Source of the DNA: Bdellovibrio sp.
Lineage (GTDB): Bacteria > Bdellovibrionota > Bdellovibrionia > Bdellovibrionales > Bdellovibrionaceae
Assembly: GCA_036676395.1 (NCBI GenBank)
Contig: JAKFCY010000002.1
Coordinates: 2,176,001-2,240,000 of the forward strand
Length of the DNA: 64,000 nucleotides
Direction of reading: 5' to 3'
A program made the position numbers and the translations under genes. Positions within the stretch are counted from its first letter, which is position 1, and each line of letters begins with the position of its first letter. Below the pieces are notes generated by a model. The model worked only from the letters and a program-made list of their open reading frames with translations. It had not been told where the DNA came from and made no database searches. Shown one piece after another: positions 49,349-59,721 of this stretch.

Positions 49349-50029
49349 CTAAAGAGCAAAATGTCCCATCATGATGTCTTCAAAAAATGACCCGCGCTGT
49401 TTTTGATCGTCGACAATATGAATTTCTAAAACCCAAATATTTTTAACAGGACTTTGTTCGTACTCAAAAAGTTTATGTTTTGAATAAAGTTGATGCGGAA
49501 AATCACCAAGGCGGTGCCCGGCCATTCGGTGATCTAAACGATAACCAAGTTCACTGGTTTTATTCTGGGCAAATTCAAATAATTTAATTCCGGTAGCACC
49601 CGTTTGTTGCCAGTGCTTTTCTGTTTCACGAAAAATCAATTCACTCGCGTTAGCTAGCTTTACATAATTTGTATCTAACTGAGCACCTGCTTTATTTAAA
49701 ACTACAGTTCGTCCAAAATCTGCTTCGTGATTATCTATGATTGGGCCTATATCAATAAAAACTAAATCTTGATCTTGGCATTTTAAATTCTCATCAGGTA
49801 AGTCACGAAAAGTTTTTGTCGTGTCGCTACACATGCGAAATTTTGTCGGATGCCAGAACTTAAGTACACCTAAGTCTTTAAACACATCTTTAACAAGAAT
49901 CTGCCCGTCTTTTTCAGTCATTCCAATTTCGATACGCGAAATGATTTCATCAGCTGCTTTTTGACAAATCATGCGCGCATTTAAAAAAGTTTCTAAATTA
50001 AATTCAGGTCCTAACTGTTCATGATTCAT
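49349..50029 (-). CDS. M24-family peptidase-like protein
   Basis: IDIGP...EADFGRT...GHRLG...LEIH..FFED. Confidence 0.75.
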   Translation of the reverse strand: MNHEQLGPEFNLETFLNARMICQKAADEIISRIEIGMTEKDGQILVKDVFKDLGVLKFWHPTKFRMCSDTTKTFRDLPDENLKCQDQDLVFIDIGPIIDNHEADFGRTVVLNKAGAQLDTNYVKLANASELIFRETEKHWQQTGATGIKLFEFAQNKTSELGYRLDHRMAGHRLGDFPHQLYSKHKLFEYEQSPVKNIWVLEIHIVDDQKQRGSFFEDIMMGHFAL

Positions 50030-50834
50030 AAGAACTTCCTACACAGGCGGCAATAACTAAGGCCATGGCTGTAAATTGAATTATATCTAAAGTTTCATGT
50101 AAAAATACAAATCCGACTAACGTAGCCACCACGGGCTCAAAACTCATTAGAATCCCAAAAGTTTTCTCTGGAATCTTTTGCATCGCTTTTAATTCTAAGC
50201 TGTACGGTAAAGCACTTGATAAAACGGCTACACCTAAGCCTGCTAACCAATAATTTGGATTTATGACTTGGGTTGTATTTATATATAAACCTAAAGGCAA
50301 AGCCAAGACGGCGGCAAAACACATTCCCAGACTAGAAACAATTAAACTGGCATGGCCGCTACGAACCGCTTTTTTACCAAAGATAATATACAATCCCCAA
50401 AAAAATGCAGCCACTAAGGCTAAAAACATGCCGAAGTAATCAATTTTCGCTTCACCACTGTGATAGAATAAAATTCCAATCCCGGCGGCAGCTAAGATCA
50501 CCCATAAAATATCACGCCATTTACGCGAATATAAAACAGATACGGCTAGTGGCCCCGTAAATTCTAAAGTTACAGCTAAACCTAAGGGAATTTTCTGTAT
50601 CGAAAAGTAAAAAAATATATTCATTAACCCCAACGATAATCCATAAACTGCGATCAACCCCAGTTGTGCACGGTCAGCAATAATGCTTTTGAAGATGGAT
50701 TTGTTTTTAATGGGGTTAGCAATCGCTACTAATATAAGGGCTGCGAAAAATACGCGTAACGCTGTCGTCCCTGCAGGGCCTAAATCAGTAAATAAACCCT
50801 TGGCCACTGAAGCACCGAATTGAATTGAAAGCAT
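50019..50834 (-). CDS. EamA/RhtA-type DMT exporter
   Basis: SIQFGASVAK, PLGLAVTLEFTGPL, LPYSLEL. Confidence 0.9.
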   Translation of the reverse strand: MLSIQFGASVAKGLFTDLGPAGTTALRVFFAALILVAIANPIKNKSIFKSIIADRAQLGLIAVYGLSLGLMNIFFYFSIQKIPLGLAVTLEFTGPLAVSVLYSRKWRDILWVILAAAGIGILFYHSGEAKIDYFGMFLALVAAFFWGLYIIFGKKAVRSGHASLIVSSLGMCFAAVLALPLGLYINTTQVINPNYWLAGLGVAVLSSALPYSLELKAMQKIPEKTFGILMSFEPVVATLVGFVFLHETLDIIQFTAMALVIAACVGSSYES

Positions 50835-51053
50835 CGCAATGACTAAGGCTAAATATGAAGAAAAAATTAAGGCGCTCCTTGGTTGAAAAAATTTGTCTAT
50901 TTTTTTTACTCTATTTTAAAACTAACTATCTAACATTTAGTCAAAAAAATGCACCTTTGTAAACCCCTGTATTAAGTGGAGATTTTAAGGTTTTAAATGT
51001 GTAGTTTTCACAGAATTCGCCGAAACTGAACCTAGATTGACAAGGAGTCAAAA

Positions 51054-54047
51054 ATGACTGTTTTTAACAAAATCGCCCTAATTGCATTACTTGCAGTAAG
51101 TATTTCAAGCTGTAGCCCTAAGAGTGGCGGTCCAGCACCTGCTTCGGTAACTGATGCGAATCGTGATTTCTCAAACACTAGCTTTGCCGTAAGTGGCCCA
51201 GATATTCCATCTGATTACGCCAACTGTTCATTCAACGGCCAAACAGTCTTACATGGCTCATCTGTAACTGGCTATCAAAACTCTACAGTACTTTACGGTT
51301 CAACCTGCGTTTCGCAGATTAGACGCTGTAATGATGGTGTGTTAGCAGGAAGCTATCAATATGCATCATGTACTGTCGCAGGCCCGGCAAGTTGTTTATT
51401 CAACGGTCAAACAATTGCCCACGCCTCTTCAGTAGAAGCATTTCAAAATTCAACTGTAGCTTACGGCTCATCGTGTGTCTCTGAACAGCGTACTTGTAAT
51501 AATGGTTCATTATCAGGTTCAAATTCGTACGGATCATGTGCTGTAGATGCAGCGGCAAGTTGTTTATTCAACGGTCAAACTGTAGCACACGGGTCTAACG
51601 TAAGCGCCTTTGCAAATTCAACTGTAGCTTACGGCGAAACTTGTACAGCTGAACAACGTTCTTGTAATAACGGAGTGTTATCAGGTTCAAATTCTTTCGG
51701 CTCTTGCACCGTAGATGCAGCGGCAAGTTGTTTATTCAACGGTCAAACTGTAGCACACGGGTCTAACGTCAACGCCTTTGCAAATTCAACTGTAGCTTAC
51801 GGTGAAACTTGTACTGCTGAACAACGCTCTTGTAATAACGGAGTGTTATCAGGTTCAAGTGCCTATGCTTCTTGTAACGTTGATGCGGCAGCAAGTTGTT
51901 TATTCAACGGTCAAACTGTAGCGCATGGATCTCAAGTTAATGGTTTTGCGAATTCAAGTGTACCTTACGGTCAAACGTGTACTGCAGAAACAAGAACTTG
52001 TGATAACGGAATTTTATCAGGTTCAAGTGCTTATGCATCTTGTAATGTTGATGTACCACAAAGCTGTTTATTTAACGGCGAAACAATTGCTCACGGTCAA
52101 TTAATCACAGCATTTCAAAACTCGACGGCTGCTTACGGCGGATCATGCGTATCTGAACAACGTTCTTGTGAAAACGGCGTAATGTCTGGAAGCTTTCAAT
52201 ACGGTTCATGTAATGTTGATTCAGCGAAAAGCTGTCTATTCAACGGTCAAACTGTAGCGCACGGTCAAAGTGTTGAAGCTTTTCCATCTTCAACAGTAAA
52301 TTTCGGTGATATGTGTATCTCTGATACTAGAACTTGTGATAACGGAATTTTATCAGGTTCAAATCAATACGCTTCTTGTAGCACAACTCAGGCCGCAAGC
52401 TGTTTATTCAACGGTCAAACCATTGCTCACAATCAAACGATTCAGGCTTTTGCTACATCGACAGTTGGTTTTGGTGAATCATGTGTGGCCGAAGAAAGAT
52501 CTTGTTATAACGGAGTATTAGATGGTTCAAGCCAATACGCTTCTTGTACTGTAGCGCAACCAGCGAGCTGTTTAATTAACGGTTTAACAATTGCCCACGG
52601 TCAAAGTACGATTTTATTCAAAGAATCTAATGTAGGTATCGGCCAAACTTGTGAATCAGAATCTAGAACTTGTGCCAACGGTACATTATCAGGTTCATAC
52701 ACAAACGGATCATGTGAAGTTGAACAAGCAAAAACATGTTCTTTCAACGGCCAGACTTTAAAAGATGGCGAATCAGTTCAAGCTTACTCGTCTTCTTCAG
52801 TCGGTTACGGTCAAATTTGTAAATCAGAAACTCGCACATGTTCTAACGGCGTGTTATCTGGTTCAAACACTGTAGCAACATGTTCTGTAGAAGAAGCTAA
52901 AACTTGTTCTTTCAATGGTGCAGTTGTAGCTCACGGGGCAAGTGTACTAGCTTTCACAACTAATTCAGTGGCTTACGGTCAAACTTGTAAATCAGAATCT
53001 AGAACTTGTGATAATGGTGTCTTATCTGGTTCAAACACTTATAGTTCATGTTCAATTGAGTCTGCTAAATCATGTTCTTTCAACGGTTCAGCTGTACCTC
53101 ACGGCGGAAGCGTTCAAGCTTGGGCCACCAACTCTGTGGCTTACGGTCAGTCATGTAAATCTGAAATCAGATCTTGTTCTAACGGAGTATTATCTGGTTC
53201 AAACACTTATAACTCTTGTTCTGTAGAACCTGCTAAGTCTTGTACTTTCAACGGTCAAGTTGTAGCCAACGGGGCAACAGTTAAAGCTTACTCGTCAAGC
53301 CAAGTGCCTTACGGTCAAACTTGCCAATCTGAAAATCGCACTTGTTCTAATGGTGTGTTATCAGGTTCAAATACGATTGCATCATGTACTGTAGCTCCTC
53401 CAGTAATAGTAACTCCGCCGAAGTCTTGTACTTTCAACGGTAAAACGATTGCCAGTGGAGCAAGCGTACAAGCTTTCAAATCATCAAGTGTTGGTTATGG
53501 CCAATCTTGCCAATCAGAAACTAGAACTTGTAACAATGGTATATTATCAGGTTCAAACACTGCAGCAACTTGTGTTGTTGAAGGCCCTAAATCTTGTAAG
53601 ATTTTATTCGGTCTAATCACGATTCCGCACGGGTTCACTCTATGGGCGGCTGCACACACTACGGCGGGTGCAGGTTCACGTTGTGAAGCTGAAATCACAT
53701 TATGTAATAACGGTAAATTTGTGATTGATCCAAGTTTAACTTGCCAACACGGCACGAAACCTCCGGTTACAATTCCGCCGCCAAAACCTGGAGAAGAACA
53801 ATGTGAAATCGATGTTAAATCTAACAACGGTAAACATTTAGGAGTAAACCACGACGGTAAACATGTAGACTCTGGTTTACACTTAGGTTGGTACAAAGAT
53901 AAAAAGCCTTGTAAGCCAAAAGATCCGGTGAAACCACCGACTCCACCGAAACCTGATCCAAAACACCCTTGCGAACATAAGGACAAACACAGAAGTTCAA
54001 AAGACAAAGACGATTGTGATAAAAAGAAAAAAAATAAGAAAAAATAA
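51054..54047 (+). CDS. Large Cys-rich repeat lipoprotein
   Basis: ISSC lipobox; 14 full plus 1 degenerate 56-aa repeats; Pro/Lys-rich tail. Confidence 0.85.
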   Translation: MTVFNKIALIALLAVSISSCSPKSGGPAPASVTDANRDFSNTSFAVSGPDIPSDYANCSFNGQTVLHGSSVTGYQNSTVLYGSTCVSQIRRCNDGVLAGSYQYASCTVAGPASCLFNGQTIAHASSVEAFQNSTVAYGSSCVSEQRTCNNGSLSGSNSYGSCAVDAAASCLFNGQTVAHGSNVSAFANSTVAYGETCTAEQRSCNNGVLSGSNSFGSCTVDAAASCLFNGQTVAHGSNVNAFANSTVAYGETCTAEQRSCNNGVLSGSSAYASCNVDAAASCLFNGQTVAHGSQVNGFANSSVPYGQTCTAETRTCDNGILSGSSAYASCNVDVPQSCLFNGETIAHGQLITAFQNSTAAYGGSCVSEQRSCENGVMSGSFQYGSCNVDSAKSCLFNGQTVAHGQSVEAFPSSTVNFGDMCISDTRTCDNGILSGSNQYASCSTTQAASCLFNGQTIAHNQTIQAFATSTVGFGESCVAEERSCYNGVLDGSSQYASCTVAQPASCLINGLTIAHGQSTILFKESNVGIGQTCESESRTCANGTLSGSYTNGSCEVEQAKTCSFNGQTLKDGESVQAYSSSSVGYGQICKSETRTCSNGVLSGSNTVATCSVEEAKTCSFNGAVVAHGASVLAFTTNSVAYGQTCKSESRTCDNGVLSGSNTYSSCSIESAKSCSFNGSAVPHGGSVQAWATNSVAYGQSCKSEIRSCSNGVLSGSNTYNSCSVEPAKSCTFNGQVVANGATVKAYSSSQVPYGQTCQSENRTCSNGVLSGSNTIASCTVAPPVIVTPPKSCTFNGKTIASGASVQAFKSSSVGYGQSCQSETRTCNNGILSGSNTAATCVVEGPKSCKILFGLITIPHGFTLWAAAHTTAGAGSRCEAEITLCNNGKFVIDPSLTCQHGTKPPVTIPPPKPGEEQCEIDVKSNNGKHLGVNHDGKHVDSGLHLGWYKDKKPCKPKDPVKPPTPPKPDPKHPCEHKDKHRSSKDKDDCDKKKKNKKK
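51222..53720 (+). repeat. Intragenic tandem repeat, about 168-bp unit
   Basis: Unit SCLFNGQTVAHG...VAYGETC..EQRSCNNGVLSGS...SC.V. Confidence 0.9.
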
Positions 54048-54049
54048 AA

Positions 54050-54074
54050 AAAGGGAGCTTAAAAAGCTCCCTTT
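54050..54074. terminator. Bidirectional terminator
   Basis: aaagggagctt-aaa-aagctcccttt. Confidence 0.8.
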
Positions 54075-54097
54075 CTCTTTTTTACGGCTTCGATTAA

Positions 54098-54853
54098 TTA
54101 CTGAACCGGATTAATCGTTTGCACTGGCACAGTTTTTTTGCGTAAGCGCATATTTAAAAGTTCTACGGCTAACGAGAATGCCATGGCGAAATAGATGTAA
54201 CCTTTAGCAACATGGCCGCCCATGCCTTCTACTGTTAACATCACCCCGATCAATAATAAGAACGATAAAGCTAAGATTTTAATTGTTGGATGACGTTCCA
54301 CGAAACTACTGATCGAAGCTGCTGAAACAAGCATAATCACCATTGAAATTAACATCGCTACAACCATAATAGAAATTTGATCAGCCATACCCACTGCGGT
54401 AATAACTGAATCTAAAGAAAACACGATATCTAACATTAGAATCTGAATTAAAATTGAAGTCGCATTAGCATAGATCTTTTTCATATTGCTGCTGCCTTCT
54501 GTCGATGGACCGGCGTCATCACCTTCAACTTTATGATGAATTTCATAAGTCGCTTTGGCCATCAAGAATAATCCCCCGCCCAGCATAATTAAATCGCGAC
54601 CTGAAAAAGATTTTTCCATAATAGAGAACAATGGATCTTTTAGGCCCATGATCCAACTTAATGAAAATAACAACCCGATACGAATAACGAAAGCCAACAT
54701 CAAACCGGCATTTCTAAGTTTAGCCTGTTTTTCTGGAGCCACTTTAGCGACAAGGATTGCGATAAAAATAATATTATCGATTCCTAATACGGTCTCCATA
54801 GCAGTCAGTGTAAATAATGCGATTAAAGCTTCGGTTGTTAAAAACGATTCCAT
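54098..54853 (-). CDS. TerC family membrane protein
   Basis: ETVLGIDNIIFI, DIVFSLDSVITAVGM. Confidence 0.93.
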   Translation of the reverse strand: MESFLTTEALIALFTLTAMETVLGIDNIIFIAILVAKVAPEKQAKLRNAGLMLAFVIRIGLLFSLSWIMGLKDPLFSIMEKSFSGRDLIMLGGGLFLMAKATYEIHHKVEGDDAGPSTEGSSNMKKIYANATSILIQILMLDIVFSLDSVITAVGMADQISIMVVAMLISMVIMLVSAASISSFVERHPTIKILALSFLLLIGVMLTVEGMGGHVAKGYIYFAMAFSLAVELLNMRLRKKTVPVQTINPVQ

Positions 54854-54871
54854 GATTGGTGTTTTCCTTTT

Positions 54872-55441
54872 TTATTTATTTAATGATTGGCAAAGACTTA
54901 AAAAACTAGCTTGCGCTGCAGCCAGATTTTTTTTCCAGTCTTTTAAAGTATTTAAGTCTGAAGAATCAGTGATGAATTTAAAACTATGAAATGGAATTCC
55001 TAAGGTCTCACTCACTTGGGCAAATGCTAAAACTTCCATGTCCATGATTTGATATAAATTATTTGGCGACTTTTCAACTTCAACAAAATCTGCTGTTCCG
55101 CAGATCGCTTTAGGAAGTTCAGAAAATGTAGTGATTTTTTTTCGCTGGCGCATAAAAGAAACAACACTTCCGCGTTGGATCACGCCGTCCACTTCAACCA
55201 TAGTGCCAGGCTCTAAAGTGAAACTTCCTGCAGTGCCTAAATTAATAATACGATCTGGTTTTAGCTTAACGCCAATTTCGGTCAATTTTGAGGCGGCATT
55301 GACCATTCCGAGCCCGCTGTAATGGACCTGAAAGCCATGCTGTTCAAGCACTCCGCCTGACTCTTCCCGAAGTGCCATTACGATAAGCACTTGTTCATTA
55401 GGAAATCGATTAAATTGATTCATCAAAGTTGCCACTGGCAA
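54872..55441 (-). CDS. MTA/SAH nucleosidase-like (PNP_UDP_1) protein
   Basis: GLGMVNAA, INLGTAGS, DME, KFITD. Confidence 0.8.
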   Translation of the reverse strand: MPVATLMNQFNRFPNEQVLIVMALREESGGVLEQHGFQVHYSGLGMVNAASKLTEIGVKLKPDRIINLGTAGSFTLEPGTMVEVDGVIQRGSVVSFMRQRKKITTFSELPKAICGTADFVEVEKSPNNLYQIMDMEVLAFAQVSETLGIPFHSFKFITDSSDLNTLKDWKKNLAAAQASFLSLCQSLNK

Positions 55442-55465
55442 TGATTATCGCTATGAAATGTCTGT

Positions 55466-56140
55466 ATGACAAGCTCGAATGAATTGTTAAATCGATACCC
55501 CCAAGAATGTGCGCATATTCTTGAGATCTGTAAACGCCTGCATGACCGCAATATGCTCTCGGCTGCTGACGGAAACATCAGTTTGCGGGTTGAACCCAAC
55601 ATCGTTTTATTTACGCCATCCGGCATAGCAAAAGCTTTTATGAAGGCTTCAGATATGGCCGCGGTCACATTAGACAACCAAATCATCTGCGGAAACCCTT
55701 CATCAGAGCGTTTAATGCATTTAGAAGTTTTTCGCCAATGCCCTGAGGCCAAGGCTGTCGTGCATGCGCACCCGACCACGGCCATTGCTTGGTCGATCGC
55801 CCGTCCACATCTTAAAAAATTACCGTCAGATTGTTTATCAGAAGTGATCTTAGCCACCGGAGATATTCCGTTTGCTGATTACGCCCGCCCCGGTACACAA
55901 GCTATGGGCGATGTTTTAAAGCCGTTTTTACCTCACCACCGGGCGATGATTTTAAAACGTCACGGCGCTTTAACTTGGGGTTTAGATCTTGAAGAAGCTT
56001 ACCGCGGCATGGAACGTATCGAAAATTCAGCGCAGATATTAGCGCAAGCTCAGGCTCTAGGTGGATTAAATCCATTACCACCAGAAGAAGTGGCTTATCT
56101 TTATGAACTACGATCTAAAATCGGAAATATTTTATTATGA
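55466..56140 (+). CDS. Class II aldolase/adducin family protein (Ald2/MtnB-like)
   Basis: DGNIS, TPSG, PSSE..MH, VHAHP, HG. Confidence 0.88.
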   Translation: MTSSNELLNRYPQECAHILEICKRLHDRNMLSAADGNISLRVEPNIVLFTPSGIAKAFMKASDMAAVTLDNQIICGNPSSERLMHLEVFRQCPEAKAVVHAHPTTAIAWSIARPHLKKLPSDCLSEVILATGDIPFADYARPGTQAMGDVLKPFLPHHRAMILKRHGALTWGLDLEEAYRGMERIENSAQILAQAQALGGLNPLPPEEVAYLYELRSKIGNILL

Positions 56141-57132
56141 TTTCTTGTATCTCATTACCACTTCGATTCACAGAAACAAAATTTGAAATTCTAGATCAAA
56201 CACTACTTCCACACGTCGAAAAATGGATTGTCATTGAATCAACTGAACAAATGATTGAAGCCATTAAAATGTTACGCGTACGTGGCGCTCCGTTAATTGG
56301 CGTCGCAGCGGCATTACAAGTGGCGCAAGCCGCCCTGCAAGGTTTTACAAAAACTGAATTACTACAAAAAGCGCAGGCACTTTATGAAGCCCGCCCGACG
56401 GCTGTGAATTTAATGAACTGCATTGATCGCATGAAAACTGTGATTGAAGCTGGCAGCGATAAAAATCAAATTTTACAGGCAGCTGTTGAAATTTTTAATG
56501 AAGATGTAAAACTTTGCGATCGTATCGCAAGCTTTGGCGCAGAATTAATTCAAGACGGCGACCAAATTCTTACTCACTGTAACACTGGCGGTCTTGCGAC
56601 GGTTGGCGTGGGCACGGCCTTAGGAGTCATTCTAAAGGCCCATCAACAAGGTAAAAAAATTCATGTCTGGGTCGATGAAACACGCCCGCTTTTACAAGGT
56701 GGAAGGCTTACGACTTGGGAATTACAAAAACATAAAATCCCAATGACTTTAATCACTGACAACATGGCCGCTCACTTAATGAGCGAAGGCAAAATCACTA
56801 AAGCCATCGTTGGCTCTGATCGTATTGCCCAAAACGGAGATTTCGCGAACAAAATTGGAACTTATTCTGTAGCCGTGAACTGTAAATTTCATAATATTCC
56901 ATTTTATGTGGCAGCGCCTTTTACAACAGTTGATTTTAATTGCGTCTCGGGAAAAAACATTCCTATCGAGCAGCGTGCGGCTTCAGAAGTTATTAGCACG
57001 TGGGCACCAGCGCAAAGTAATGTGTACAACCCGTCATTCGATGTGACTCCGGCAAATTTAACTACCGGCTGGATCATGGACACTGGCGTTTACACGCAAA
57101 AAGATATTGAACTAGGCATTTTTAAAAAATAG
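56137..57132 (+). CDS. mtnA: Methylthioribose-1-phosphate isomerase
   Basis: VRGAPLIG, RPTAVNL, THCNTG, DETRPLLQG, NKIGTY. Confidence 0.95.
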   Translation: MISCISLPLRFTETKFEILDQTLLPHVEKWIVIESTEQMIEAIKMLRVRGAPLIGVAAALQVAQAALQGFTKTELLQKAQALYEARPTAVNLMNCIDRMKTVIEAGSDKNQILQAAVEIFNEDVKLCDRIASFGAELIQDGDQILTHCNTGGLATVGVGTALGVILKAHQQGKKIHVWVDETRPLLQGGRLTTWELQKHKIPMTLITDNMAAHLMSEGKITKAIVGSDRIAQNGDFANKIGTYSVAVNCKFHNIPFYVAAPFTTVDFNCVSGKNIPIEQRAASEVISTWAPAQSNVYNPSFDVTPANLTTGWIMDTGVYTQKDIELGIFKK

Positions 57133-57142
57133 GAGATAGCGT

Positions 57143-57985
57143 ATGATCGCAGTTATTGGCGGATCAGGTTTTGAAAAATTTGACGAATTCACAACGGTAG
57201 AAAAAATTTCGATCGAAACACCTTTTGGCCCACACTCTTCGGGCCTGAAAAAAGTTAAAGTCGATGGCACAGAATTTTTATTTTTATCTCGCCATGGTGA
57301 ACACCATGAACTTTTACCTTCAGAAATTAATTACCGCGCTAACATCTATGCTTTTAAAAAATTAGGCGCTTCAGCGGTTGTTTCATTCAGCGCCGTGGGC
57401 TCATTACAAAAAGATTTAGCTCCGGGTGATATGGTTGTGCCCTTTCAATATATCGATCGCACTAAAGCGCGAGTACACACGTTTTTAGGCGGAGGCTTAA
57501 TTGGCCATGTTTCATTAGCAAAACCAATCTGTGAAACTATGGCAAAACGTTTACAAGAATTAGTAAAACCCTTAGAGCACACTTCATTTTTTGGCCAAAC
57601 ATATGTTTGTATCGAAGGTCCTTATTTTTCGACAAAAGCTGAATCGCACACTTACCGCCAAATGGGCGCTAATATCATCGGGATGTCGAACTTTCCTGAA
57701 TACGCGTTAGCGCGTGAAGCGGGCCTTCCGTATTTACCATGTTGTTTTGTAACTGATTACGACTGCTGGGATGATTCAATTCCACACGTAACTGTTGAAG
57801 AAGTTATTAAGGTGATGAAAAACAACAATCAAAAAGCATTTAACGTTTTAAAAACAATCTTAAAAGCCGGCGATCTTGCCGAAGGCAGCTATGCTTATGA
57901 TGGTGGATTAAAAACAGGTTTATTCATGCCTAAAGAAGCTATCCCTAACGATAAACTTTCTTGGGTGAATGTTTTATTAAACTAA
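57143..57985 (+). CDS. mtnP: Methylthioadenosine phosphorylase
   Basis: IGGSG, RHG..H, NYRANI, EGP.FST.AES, TDYDCW. Confidence 0.92.
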   Translation: MIAVIGGSGFEKFDEFTTVEKISIETPFGPHSSGLKKVKVDGTEFLFLSRHGEHHELLPSEINYRANIYAFKKLGASAVVSFSAVGSLQKDLAPGDMVVPFQYIDRTKARVHTFLGGGLIGHVSLAKPICETMAKRLQELVKPLEHTSFFGQTYVCIEGPYFSTKAESHTYRQMGANIIGMSNFPEYALAREAGLPYLPCCFVTDYDCWDDSIPHVTVEEVIKVMKNNNQKAFNVLKTILKAGDLAEGSYAYDGGLKTGLFMPKEAIPNDKLSWVNVLLN

Positions 57986-58675
57986 ATTTTTGATCGCGTA
58001 ATGATTCATTAAATCTTCAACGATACTGTTGATACGGGATTTATGACTTTTTTGCAATTGCGTGAACTCTAAGCCAAGCACCGTTGTGCCATTGGGTTTA
58101 CGCATGATAAAACGAACAATTGCATCACAGACAACATCTGCACGTTTAAAAATTTGATACTGAATACGAATTTGATCACCCTTATTAATACTTAGGGTTA
58201 ATTTGGGAACTTCAAAACGACAACCGTTATATGAAATATCAGTCACTTTTGCCGGGTTTTTAATTTTCAATTCTATCGACCAAACTGCGGCTGTTTGATT
58301 CCATTTTTCAGGAATATTATAGCGCGGCTCTTTACGACGTCGCAGCTGAACTATCTTGGCACTTTGATCAAAACAAATCTGATCATCAAGAACTTCTAAA
58401 GTGGTTTTAATAAAGTACACTTCAGTGCCAATAAAAAATTTAATTGAGGTTAAACCAAGATAGGTCGCAAGCTTATCAGTTTGAGTCGTTTCTAAAAATA
58501 TTTTCTTATCGGCAAAAAAACCGATCTTTGCAGATATTGGATGAGTTGGATCCGCTTCATTTTTTAGAATTAAATCAGAATTTAAAGTAAAACAATTATG
58601 CAACGCTAAGAAGGCATCTTTTTCTTCTAGCTCAATTAAAAATTCACCTGCATTTGCTGTATTGGCTGCCGACAT
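57977..58675 (-). CDS. PilZ-domain c-di-GMP receptor
   Basis: RRKEPR and DISYNG motifs. Confidence 0.85.
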   Translation of the reverse strand: MSAANTANAGEFLIELEEKDAFLALHNCFTLNSDLILKNEADPTHPISAKIGFFADKKIFLETTQTDKLATYLGLTSIKFFIGTEVYFIKTTLEVLDDQICFDQSAKIVQLRRRKEPRYNIPEKWNQTAAVWSIELKIKNPAKVTDISYNGCRFEVPKLTLSINKGDQIRIQYQIFKRADVVCDAIVRFIMRKPNGTTVLGLEFTQLQKSHKSRINSIVEDLMNHYAIKNLV

Positions 58676-58734
58676 TTATCTATCTATTTAACCAATGATT
58701 AGGATTTTTAACAATCAGCCTATATAGACTTAGA

Positions 58735-59721
58735 CTAAGGTTGATATGAATCGATAGCTAACAAGACCTTATGAAGGTAATCATCTAACCAGCGTCTGCC
58801 GAACGGGCCGCTCTTATGTTTCGAAATGTATCCCATATGCCCACCGTGATCGATAAAGGTTGTGTGCGTCTTATCGTTCCAACTCGCCGCTTTATAATCA
58901 TCAAAGGCAATAAAAGGGTCATCTTTGCTGGTTAAAACAAAAGTAGGTACAGCAATGCGATCAAGGTACTTGTAGGTACTGCACTGGGTATAATAATCAG
59001 CGCTATCAACAAAGCCAGATTTTATCGAAGTAAATAAGTCATCGATCAAACGTGTGTTCGACACAATAGGTAGACCAATTTGTGGCTCTGTTTTACGAAT
59101 TAATTTGCGCAGCATAAAATAAAATCGCAAATCATACAGACGTGAAAAACCATTGATTAAATGATCACTCGCTTTTTGCAGGTTAATCGGCGCATTCACA
59201 ACAACCGCATAATCTGGTAAATGCTGACCGTAACGTTGGGTCACTAAATTTAAAACCACACTGCCACTTAATGAAAAGCCGATAAAAATTTGTTTTTCAT
59301 TAGGAAAAATTTCGCGAAGTTTAAGGCTGACTTCTGAAGCATCTTCACCGCGGCCTGAATGGTATGGTTTTTTGGCCATGCCTTCAGCTAAACCTGCACC
59401 CCTGTGATCAACTGTCACAACTGAATAACCTAAATCAAAAGCCACCTGAGCTGTGCGTTGCACGTAATCTGAAGTGTGGTCTCCGGCTAAACCATGAAAT
59501 ACGGTGACGACAGCGCTTTTTTTGTTGGCTGATTTATTTTCAAAAATTTTAAGACTCATTTGGTCGCCATCCGGCAGAGTCAAAAACATCTGCCGATGTG
59601 GTTCATTAAAGTTTTTAGATTTAATCACATGACCTAGAATAGTTTGTGAGTGTGCCGTTTCGATTTTTAGAATCGGCACAAAAGGGCGTAAATCTAATTT
59701 AACTTGCGATAGGTTTACCAA
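58735..59721 (-). CDS. YheT-like alpha/beta hydrolase
   Basis: HGLAG, GFSLSG, DDPF, GGHMG. Confidence 0.88.
   Translation of the reverse strand: MVNLSQVKLDLRPFVPILKIETAHSQTILGHVIKSKNFNEPHRQMFLTLPDGDQMSLKIFENKSANKKSAVVTVFHGLAGDHTSDYVQRTAQVAFDLGYSVVTVDHRGAGLAEGMAKKPYHSGRGEDASEVSLKLREIFPNEKQIFIGFSLSGSVVLNLVTQRYGQHLPDYAVVVNAPINLQKASDHLINGFSRLYDLRFYFMLRKLIRKTEPQIGLPIVSNTRLIDDLFTSIKSGFVDSADYYTQCSTYKYLDRIAVPTFVLTSKDDPFIAFDDYKAASWNDKTHTTFIDHGGHMGYISKHKSGPFGRRWLDDYLHKVLLAIDSYQP

Noticed and set aside
51222..53720. Tandem repeats as a possible CRISPR array
   Set aside because: Units are 168 bp, in frame and protein-coding, with no repeat-spacer structure and no cas genes
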